DNA of 64,000 nt. Origin: Anthoceros angustus (lineage: Eukaryota; Plantae; Anthocerotophyta). Every line of letters starts with the position of its first letter. The stretch's first letter is position 1. This document shows, one piece after another, positions 51,375 to 61,117 of the stretch. The notes below the pieces were generated by a model that saw only the letters and a program-made list of their open reading frames with translations, had not been told where the DNA came from and made no database searches. The DNA is taken from assembly GCA_010909165.1 (NCBI GenBank), contig MU008177.1, positions 62,001 to 126,000 on the forward strand. The letters are read 5' to 3'. The position numbers were made by a program, and so were the translations under genes.

Positions 51375-52484
51375 ATGTGGCGATGGCCGGGGCCCCAGCC
51401 AAACGATGCGTGCGGCGCGTTGATGGTCTGCGGCGTTGCAGTGCTCGAGGCGCCATGGCCTTGAGCTTGCATTCTCAATGTCTTTTTTGGTCTTCCCTTT
51501 TCAGTTTCGATTGGTGATGGTTGAGGATGTAGATGGTGGGGGGGGGGGAGGCGGCATCATGGCAGTTATGGGCATTTATCAGGATGCCCGCGTGCATCAC
51601 ATGGGCCGTATTTGGCACATGGATGGTATATTCCGTCTTAATGATATGCCCTTAGTAATCCCATATATATATCATTTTCCTTTATTAATTTAGCTGCTTT
51701 ATTTTAGCCCACTAGTTTAAGTTCAGCTTTCTTTTGAGCAACATATTTTCTTTCCTAATAGGAATTGCGTAGCTAGATTAGGCTTGTTTTCTAGCCATTT
51801 TTCTCCCTTACTTCATAGTGAATGGGAGTGATAAAATACTTTATTAATTAGGGCACTATTCATTAGGGCACCTAGAAATCCCTAGAATTAAACATTATTT
51901 AATTCTAAGGGCTAGAAGTAGTTACTTTTATTTAGTTATTGGTTATATTGGTTACAACCACCTATAACCATCTCTACTTTGTAAACACTTGTACTTTCTA
52001 TCATTTTATGCAATGATACAAATATATTGGAGCAAGTGTGTGATTTTCATCTAGCTTGCTCTGAATGTACCATGGACAAACTGAAGACCGGCCTCCCCGA
52101 GACATTGTTGATGATCATGTTGAATAAGCTGGTAAGGAACACTTTACGATTTCTAGTATTATGGCAGGGGTACCCTTTGTCTGAAGCTACTTAGGAACCA
52201 GTGGACCACCTTACCAACGCTCCACATCTCCTTCGATAATATATGCAAACTCATGGACTTCGGGACGAAGTCCTTGTACCAGTAGTTATCACGAGATTAT
52301 GGAATTAGTGAGTATTAATAAATAGCAAGGATAAGGGTAGCCGTAGACAGCTGTATTCTGGAGAGCGGCATGCGCGCCTTATGTGCTGAAGAGTCATCCG
52401 CTTACTAAGTGTTCCGTATTAAGTATGTATTTTCTTATAAATAGGGGGAACCCGTGAGGATAGGCAAGCGGTTTGATACCTGCT

Positions 52485-53040
52485 TCAATGAATAAGCTGG
52501 AGAATAATCTTCTTGTAGCCTTCCAACCTAGGTATTAGATCTGCCTTCGACAAGCAACCCACACCAGGAACAGGAATTTGCAAGGCATTGACTTGCGAAA
52601 GCAATGTGTCAAACTTGACCTAGAAAGATGCCTCAAAATCTTTAGCTCATGAGCTTGCCGAATCAAGATCATGTTGCAATTTTCTAATGATCACATCGTG
52701 ACTATTAAATCTCTTATCTATAAGATCATCCATTATGGAATTGACCTCATCCTCCTCGTCCTCCTGGGCCTCCTCATCCCCCTTGTCTTCCAAATCCCAT
52801 GCCAAAGATTGGTACTTAGCCAAAAGAGACTCATATTTTTCCCTTAAAGAAATATTCTCCGCCTCAATATTATGTACTCTAGTCTATAATATAGATACCC
52901 GGTTGTCTTCATATTTATCCTCAATACTACGTAATCTAGTCTCCAATATTGATACCCTGTTTTCTACATATTTAACTATATTAGGCTTAGCGATAATAGA
53001 AGCCATAACCTCCAGTAAAGTAACCGCAACCTCCTCCACA
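52485..53040 (-). pseudogene. Decayed coiled-coil/acidic ORF, likely a TE accessory gene relic
   Basis: One frame reads VEEVAVTLLEVMASIIAKPNIVKYVENRVSILETRLRSIEDKYEDNRVSIL*TRVHNIEAENISLREKYESLLAKYQSLAWDLEDKGDEEAQEDEEDE...SS*AKDFEASF*VKFDTLLSQ..., with three in-frame stops and a 57-nt internal repeat. Confidence 0.55.
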
Positions 53041-53713
53041 CCACCCACCACAGCCACCGCACAAAAAACCCTAAATTATGTCCTCGTCGCGACCTCCTCC
53101 ACACCAGCAATGGCCCCGGCGCACCAAAGTCTTGGCGACCCCACCGCAGCAACCTCACCCCATGCTCACCACAACATCAACTCCAACACCCAACGCCCCA
53201 TGTCCACTGTGGCAGCAACCCCAACATCCAACACCCCATGCCAACCACGTCATCAACCCCAACATTGAATACCCCATGCCTCATGCAATATCAGCCCCAC
53301 ACCCCATGCTCAACGCGACAGAGCCCACCACAAAGCAAGCCCTCAACCCCTGGGACACGCCCCACCGCTGACCACAGACCGGCCGCACCGCGCTCTTCAG
53401 TCCGCACTCCGCACTCCTAAAGGTATCCTAAGCACAAAGAAGGGGAATCCATACTGATCAAAGAAGGGGAATCAAGTCTTCCATATTGCACATGCTTTGT
53501 GAGAAAATTATTGAGATTTATGTTGTTGGTTATTGAAAAAAAAAATTTAATACGATGTGAAAAAAATGCTAAGAATTGTAGCTCCATGAAGAAACGTGGT
53601 AAGGGGTCTATCATAAAAGTCAATCTTGCAACTAATTTTGAGAAAAACTCCAATCATATGAGAAATCAAAATGAAAGGGAAGACCCTTAATTGAGTCTTA
53701 CAACATCTCTAAA

Positions 53714-54139
53714 TTACTGTTGTGCATATATGGATTTAGAAGAATTGCTATAATCTAAATCTCCAAACATAGCTTGCCATGCGTCTTGCGGCAGGACCAC
53801 TCCTTTCCCCTAGACGAGAATGTCAGTATTTGGCACAACTAGTAGATCCACATGTTATTTGTCCAATTGGATGCAATGGCCAACGTTATGGTTGTTGAAG
53901 AAACAACTACTACCTGCATCCCACATAATAGACAATTTCACACCAACACTTCATGGTCTAACTCTAATGATCTTATTCTTTATCTAAAAAATCAACATAC
54001 AAGATGCTAGGTTGGAATCGGCATTCGATTTACCGCAGCAAAACAATAGCTTTGGGCAAACAATGAGGAGTAGATGACTACCATGAAGCGAGGCTACTGG
54101 TCATTATCAGGATAACAAAAAAATAAAGAAAAATTTCAT
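53714..54139 (-). pseudogene. Diverged, inverted paralog of the EG45-like gene B with an internal deletion
   Basis: Minus strand: ATG at 54139 (MKFFFIF..., frameshifted), donor GTATGT at 54000, acceptor GATGCAG at 53914, exon 2 SSCFFNNHNV...GKGVVLPQDAWQAMFGDLDYSNSSKSIYAQQ*, with TAA at 53714. The LWDSGKNC...IADL block is missing. Confidence 0.8.
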
Positions 54140-56871
54140 ATCCCTTATATAATACTCATGATTTATGGGTGTAGAAAAATAGCGGAAACCCCCTTGTCAT
54201 TTAGGGGTTAACGTCCTAAAAAAATTGTAATTCATTGATCATCTATTATAGTCCTAAAAATTTATTATAAGAATAATATTGTCATACGCTTTTATGGGTA
54301 GCCCTTGTATCATTACCTATGTGATATCTCAGACATTTATTTCTACTAAAATTATTAAATGTTTGAGAATACTTAGATTTTAATAGAGGACCACCTCTTA
54401 CTTGAGGTGGAGAAGGAGGTGGAGGTGGGGTGCGGGATTAGGTTGATCTACCAAAGATAGTGGTCTTCACGTAATAAGCAAAGTGAGGTGTAGGAGCGCT
54501 ACCTTCACGCAGGTCAGAGGATGAGTCAAGGCTTAGCTAGATTGGGGGCAGCTTGGGAACAGTACAGAAGGCAATCAGCAGATGAGTTCCTTAGCTGCTA
54601 TACTGGTTTTCTATAATGTGGGCACCTTTGGGAACCACATTGTCAAGTGGGAGCCTCAGGCAACCAACTTGATTTCACCTGTTCGCGGTCTGAGGCTATT
54701 TATGCGTCCCTTTGCCCGTGTTCCTTGGCCAAGGCCAGGAACTTTGCAGTTTTTTTGGCCAAAGGCCAAGGACTAATTTTGCTGCTGCAGTTGAGTAATC
54801 CTGCAGGTTAGACTGGCCAGCATGCAGCTATGCGGCCATTGCGCGATAGCCACCTTCCCTTTCAGCACCTTAAGTGGTGACCAAAGGGAATGAAGCAAAC
54901 TCACGGCGAACACCAGGCGTTTTCCGGCACGGCTATGTGCCCACCGCCAATCGCCTGCTCCTCTCGCCGGCTTCTTCTGCTCTGAATACGCTATGGGCAT
55001 GTTCTATGGAAGGTCACGAGGCGAGGGCAATCGCACACGAAGCCTCGGATGCCACCAAAACCAAGCGGTGCATGGGGCTGAACCCCACGATGGCCTAACC
55101 CATGGAGGTTCAAATTTGGGTTTAGAGCATCTTTAGAATCCGCCATCTTGAAGCCATCTTCCCGATTGGAATGGTATGGCGGCGATTTTGTTTCGTGGCC
55201 TAATGGAAGCCCTTATTCGATAACTTTGTTTCTTGGCCCAATGCAAAGCCCTCACTCGGCTACATTATATCAACCTAGGGTGTAGCGCAAAAATTCAGAG
55301 AAAACACAACCAAAGTAGTTGGATGAAAAGACTCAAAATGAATTAATTTAGGGGTTAATAGATAAACAATGAATCTCGTTGACATATAGTCCACCCCTAA
55401 TTGGGACTAGTTTGGAGTGCCTTTAGAGTTCATTAAGGAGGTGTCCCGATTACATAATCCTTATTTAAAAATAATAAAATAATATAAATTTTAAAAATAA
55501 AGAAAAATTTCATATCCCTTATATAATACTCATGATTTATGGGTGTAGAAAAATAGCGGAAACCCCTTGTCATTTAGGGGTTAACGTCCTAAAAATTGTA
55601 ATTCATTGATCATCTATTATAGTCCTAAAATTATTATAAGAATAATATTGTCATACGCTTTTATGGGTAGCCTTGTATCATTATTATGTGATATCTCGAC
55701 ATTTATTTCTACTAAAATTATTAAATGTTTGAGAATACTTAGATTTTAATAGAGGACCACCTCTTACTTGAGGTGGAGAAGGAGGTGGAGGTGGGGTGCG
55801 GGATTAGGTTGATCTACCAAAGATAGTGGTCTTCACGTAATAAGCAGGCGGTAGAGGTGTAGGAGCAGCTACCTTCACGCAGGGCCGTAGGATGAGCTGA
55901 AGGCTTAGCTAGATTGGGGGCAGCTTGGGAACAGTACAGAAGGCAATCAGCAGATGAGTTCCTTAGCTGCTATACTGGTTTTCTATAATGTGGGCACCTT
56001 TGGGAACCACATTGTCAAGTGGGAGCCTCAGGCAACCAACTTGATTTCACTGTCATGTCCGAGGCTATTTATGCGCCCTTTGCGTGTTCCTTGGCCAAGG
56101 CTGTGAACTTTGCGTTTTTGGCCAAAGGCCAAGGACTAATTTTGCCGCAGCTTGAGTAATCCCGCAGTTAGATCACAAGATGCGCCTATGTGCCATTATG
56201 TGATAGCCACCTTCCCTTCAAGACCTTAAGTGGTGACCAAAGGGAATGAAGCAAACTCACGGCGAACACCGGGCGCTTCCGCCGACTATGTGCCCACCGC
56301 CAATCGCCGCTCCTCTCGCCGGCTCGCCTCACGCTATGGGCATGTTCTATGGAAGGTCACGAGGCGAGGGCAATCGCACACGAAGCCTCGGATGCCCACG
56401 GCTACACCAAAAACCAAGCGGTGCATGGGGCTGAACCCCACGATGGCCTAACCCATGGAGGTTCAGCTTGGGTTTAGAGCATCTTTAGGAATCCGCCATC
56501 TTGAAGCCATCTTCCTGATTGGAATGGTATGGCGGCGATTTTGTTTCGTGGCCTAATGGAAGCCCTTATTCGGTGCAACAACTTTGTTTCTTGGCCCAAT
56601 GCAAAGCCCTCACTCGGGGCTACATTATATCAACCTAGGGTGTAGCGCAAAAATTCACAGAGAAAACACAACCAAAGTAGTTGGATGAAAAGACTCAAAA
56701 TGAATTAATTTAGGGGTTAATAGATAAACAATGAATCTCAGTGCCGACATATAGTCCACCCCCCTAATTGGGACTAGTTTGGAGTGCCTTTAGAGTTCCC
56801 ATTAAGGGAGGTGTCCCGATTACATAATCCTTATTTAAAAATAATAAAAATAATATAAATTTTAAAAATAA
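54120..56871. repeat. Tandem duplication of a ~1.37-kb segment covering the start codon and upstream region of the inverted EG45-like paralog
   Basis: 54120-55493 repeats at 55494-56871, with AAAATAAA at the junctions. Copies differ mainly by small indels. Confidence 0.9.
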
Positions 56872-57415
56872 AAATACTAAAAAACAATTTAAAATTTGAT
56901 TGATAAGTTTCACTAAAAATAACTTTTACCTTTTTCCTATATAGTTGCTTGAAAGCTAGGACTCTCTCTAAGCAGCATTAAAAAACCTGTACCTATCATA
57001 AAGGAAAAAGCTTAGCTTAAGAGTTCAATCACACCTAAAAGTCTATTAATTTTTTTCCTTTTTTTAAATTTTAGTGAAAAAATTAAAAATCCCACTTAGG
57101 GAGGTGAAACTAACATGAATGTATGTTTTAAAATGTCTCAATTGCCATTTAGGAAAAAATCCTATTTTTTATACTATAAACTAAAGGGAGTAGGATGAGA
57201 GGTCCCATTTAGAGAGGAATCCCATTTATGGAGTTCCCAATTAGGGGGGCCGACTGTACATATGTGAGCAGTCCGTCCTATTGCGGCCGTTTTATGATGG
57301 AGTAACGCGTAACTTATTCTAGAAAAACATCACATGGGCTCTCATCAATGAAGGCAGACGGAAACAACGCACTCGGGGTTGCCGTTCCCGTGACTTCGAA
57401 GCAAGGGGCTGATTG

Positions 57416-58631
57416 TCACAGGCCGTCCAGCACTGGCTCCAGAGGACTCATATTCGGAAATTGAGACGGCATGTGTCTCCGGTTCAGAGAGGGTGCCCAA
57501 TCAGCGTTCTTGAGAACTTTGAGCACCTCCTCGACCACAACAGCGCTCCCCTCAGCACTCAGGTGCACACCGTCGCTGCATAAACAGAGGCGCCGCTTAG
57601 TCAAGTTCTAAGGCCTTGGAAACAGTAGGTGCCGGGCGCCGTCAATCTCTCACCTCACGATGCACGTGTTCTCCCAGTTGTGCTTTCGCTGTATCGCAGT
57701 GTGGAGGTCTACGATTCCTACGTCAGGAAACTCGGCTGCTATTTCCTTACACGCCTCTGCGTAAGCTTTGGTACCCTCTAAGGACTTCCCCGGCGGTGGA
57801 ATCGCCCAGAGACTGTCTGCGAAGAGCTGCCTGCACGGGAAGAAACCTCATAAGAGCTGTTCGAGTTCAGATTGAATCAAACCAGAGCCGGAAGGCTTGC
57901 AAGTGACCGTAACCTCAGATGCGATTCCATTAGCGCCACATTCACTGGAGCGCAGGTTATCAGTATCACACGGGTTGTCTCAGATAGGCCCTGAAGAGCC
58001 CACATCATTCAAATCGGGAGGCGTCCAGAAGACCAGTGCTGTCACACTGCACTTGAGAGGTGACAAAATGCTGTGAAATGCTACCTTGATGTGAGCTGTG
58101 ATCTTTCTCATGTTCTCCTTGTATTCGGCAAGTGGAACATGAGGGCAAGTAATGTCTTTGGTGAGCAAAGCCGAATCGTTGCCACCCAGCAAAACAATCA
58201 CCAATGCAGGTTGAACGGCAGACTCCTGCAATGGACAAAGTACGTAGGAACTGTCGATATCCATGGATTGCCCAGTTTCAGGCTCACGAACTGGGCTGGA
58301 AGTGGAAATGGTCTGACATACTACTTACCTTTGGGAAAACCCGATCCAACACAGCCAAAGCCTGCCGGGAATTCCATCCAGAATATCCTCTGAGCAAAAA
58401 ATCCGCCTGCGTGCAACTTCAAGAGGAGCTGAAGTCATTCGCACAAGAGAAATCCAAGCAATCCAAACCATCCATCCAAGCAATCCAAGCAATCCAAGCA
58501 TGAGGAGTGCAGGTTTTAACCTTTCGTGAATACAAGTCGTTGAGAACAGAGCCCCAGCCTAGTTTTTTGTAACTGTATTGCACAAGCGAGGAGCCAAAGA
58601 GCACAAAAACAGGCCTCTCGAAGCCCACCAT
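57416..58631 (-). CDS. GDSL/SGNH-hydrolase esterase (IAH1/CPRD49-like), 6 exons, 247 aa
   Basis: Exons 58631-58521, 58406-58329, 58225-58085, 57990-57914, 57830-57654 and 57575-57416 join in frame with GT-AG introns. Blocks FVLFGSS, RGYSGWNSR, LGGNDS and DGVHLS. Confidence 0.93.
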
Positions 58632-58860
58632 GCTGCCTTGTGTGACGAGGTGCCCAATTGCCTATTTAGCCAGCCTTCACAGACGACGGACTCCTATTGC
58701 CGGGGCCAACCGGTACATTCCCCCTTATCCACAGAGGGATGCATGATGCAAGCTCACGTCTTTACAAATGGTTCTCCTCTTCTTTAGGAGAAAGAATCCT
58801 TCTCCCCTGTACTTTAAATATATACCTGCCCATGGATAAAGCATAAAGTTATGTTGCCAG

Positions 58861-59826
58861 CTACGTCTCACTACCCAGAACATGGACTGCAGGCCCACAA
58901 CAAAGCCAATCGTCCGAATAATCTCCAAGCTTTTGGCGTCGTCTCTCTGCCACCAGCTCACGTGATTCTGAACAGATAGTCCGCGACTCGCGTGTAACGG
59001 GTCTGTCAGCGACCACGAATTTCTGGCCTTCTCGTTGGCGCTCATGAAACCCCGCCCAAACTGAGAAACAACAGCAAACATCTGGCCTCAGACGAGCAAG
59101 ATTAAGCAGTTCCGTCATGCCCTATGCCTCTCATGCAGAATAGACGTGCCTGCAAAATGATGTAACACGATTGATGCCGCAACAGTGACGTTGAGAGATG
59201 CCGTGCCGGCACCATACTGTGGGATATAGACAAAAAAGTCACACACCTCCATCTCTTTGGCGGACAGCCCGCTCCCCTGCAAAAAGCAAGCATACAGTCA
59301 CACTGCACATGGACCCTATCCAAGTAAAAGCACTCGCGCCAGAAAATCACACCAAGTACAGCAACTCGTGCAACAGAAACACACCTCGTTGCCGACGACA
59401 AACGCAGTGTTGCGCTTGAAAGGGTGGGATTGCACTGCAAGAGCACCATCAGCGATCTCCACTCCGCATATGTCACACTCCTGCTCCTGAATCATAGATC
59501 CCACACGGTAGCTCGGGTAAATTCCCCTGCACCCAAACACCGCAAACTTCACAGCCCCAGCCACGTATACTAGCGTCACCAACCTTCAAGAAAAGCACGG
59601 CGGCAGAAAGGTTATGGAAGTGACGGAACCCTATGTGCACCGTGGCTCCATGGCTCCCGAATGCATTATAGTCCTTCTTCCCAACCAGAATAATCTCAGT
59701 GACCCCAAAAGCTGTGGCGCTGCGTGCCAATGTTCCTATGTTATGCCGCTTTGCAACATTGTGCACGACCACATAGCACTTGGGCCCGCCACATGCGGGC
59801 TCCTCCCCTGCATCCCTCTCTTCCAT
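58861..59826 (-). CDS. SpoU/TrmH-family (SPOUT) tRNA/rRNA methyltransferase, 4 exons
   Basis: Exons 59826-59584, 59486-59385, 59276-59150 and 59060-58861. Motifs HNVAKRHNIGTLARSATAFG, FVVGNEGSG and IPQYGAGTASLNVTVAASI. Intron 3 is GC-AG. Confidence 0.92.
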
Positions 59827-60172
59827 AACGCACCTCTTGAAGGTGCTGAACCCCCTTCAAGTACCACAACCCCACAGCACCCCTACCCCCGGCCAAACAA
59901 TTTCCTTGGATCCTTCACCACCGGCAAAAGCTCATCCTTAGCAGATCCTGTGAAGCTCAATCCCCAGCAGCTGCTACACGTCCTGAAACCTGAACAACAA
60001 CAGCTTAATCCCAACCTGTCTTCAAGTCTCCCTAATTTCCGACCTGCAATCCAGAATTCTTCTCTTTTCAGCCGAACAAATCCAGCTCCCCTGCCTGAAC
60101 CACGGGGCAGGTGACTACAACATCCCCAGAGATGGTCCGTGCCACATGGGCGTCAACGTCTCGCAGGTGTCA

Positions 60173-60184
60173 TAGGGTTTAGGG
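60173..60184 (-). promoter_or_regulatory. Telo-box-like motif (CCCTAAACCCTA) upstream of the SpoU gene
   Basis: TAGGGTTTAGGG about 350 bp upstream of the ATG. Telo-boxes are known near plant translation and ribosome-biogenesis genes; short motif, could be chance. Confidence 0.35.
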
Positions 60185-61117
60185 CTCCAAGCTTCCGATA
60201 CCGTCCGGCACGCCCTTCACGCCCCGTTCGGTCCCGTCCCGTTCCGTGCCGTTCTACGGTCACGCGCGCTCAGGCTTTTGAACAATTGTAGAAAATGGAT
60301 AAACCATATCACGGGACGATTTGACTTCCGGTCCCGCAGTAGCGCCGGGTTCCGCCAGGGGGTTTCGCCGCCCGCAGCCCCCGTCGGGCCGCAGCAGCAT
60401 CCTGGCGGGAGAGGGAGGGAAAGCAGCTGGGGCAGCACCACCGCCGAACGAGCCCAGCCCTCCTCCTTCCTCGAAGCTGCTGGCGGCGAGTGCGTGTTTC
60501 GCAGCGCGGGTGGGCCGACCGCGTGCAAACTGGTTCGCTTCCGCAGGAGTCGTCTCGGCCTGGAAACTTCGTGTATTGCCCTCATTTTACAGGATCGTGG
60601 TTTCCCTCACCGGCAGCTTTCACCTTTCGGTTGACGCGGATCTGTAGTGGGAGCATTTGCAGGGCAGGAAATGAGCTGAATTCGGTGAGAATGAATGTTC
60701 CCGGGATGTGCATTGCATGTTGTGCTCTCATCTGGAGGGAACAGGAGATGCTGTTGCAGGGGCAGGGCTTGGAATTGGTGGCTTGCTGACATTGGTTCTT
60801 CCTTTTCAGCTTGGTGCTGACGTGTGGATCATAATTCGCTGGGAATCGTTCTTCCTCAGCTGGGCTCCCAGAGGCGAAGTGTAGCGTCCGCGGTACGATT
60901 TCTTAGCATCCGCCGTGATGGCACGTCGACTGTTGCCATGCCTTTCACTGATGGAGGCAGCTAACTCTGCGTAACGCGGTGTTTCAGTTTTGGGAAAATG
61001 CGAAGGGCCGGGAAGCTGAGTCGACAGGTGTACGCATTTTAGCTTCTGATTTGTGTGGCTACACAATTCGGAGCACAAGTGAGTTCTTGACAGCTCAGGA
61101 GATCTCTCGGAACTGAG

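Noticed and set aside
51530-52120. Possible solo LTR (G-run, AT-rich body, hairpin at 51880-51911)
   Set aside because: No defined TG...CA termini, TSD, PBS or second copy could be identified.
52735-53371. Plus-strand ORFs of 177 and 97 aa
   Set aside because: Low-complexity shadows of the minus-strand fossil ORF and the CA-rich repeat.
54715-54775. U2 snRNA-like CCTTGGCCTTTGGCCAA on the minus strand
   Set aside because: Only a short resemblance; the branch-point recognition sequence and Sm site are absent.
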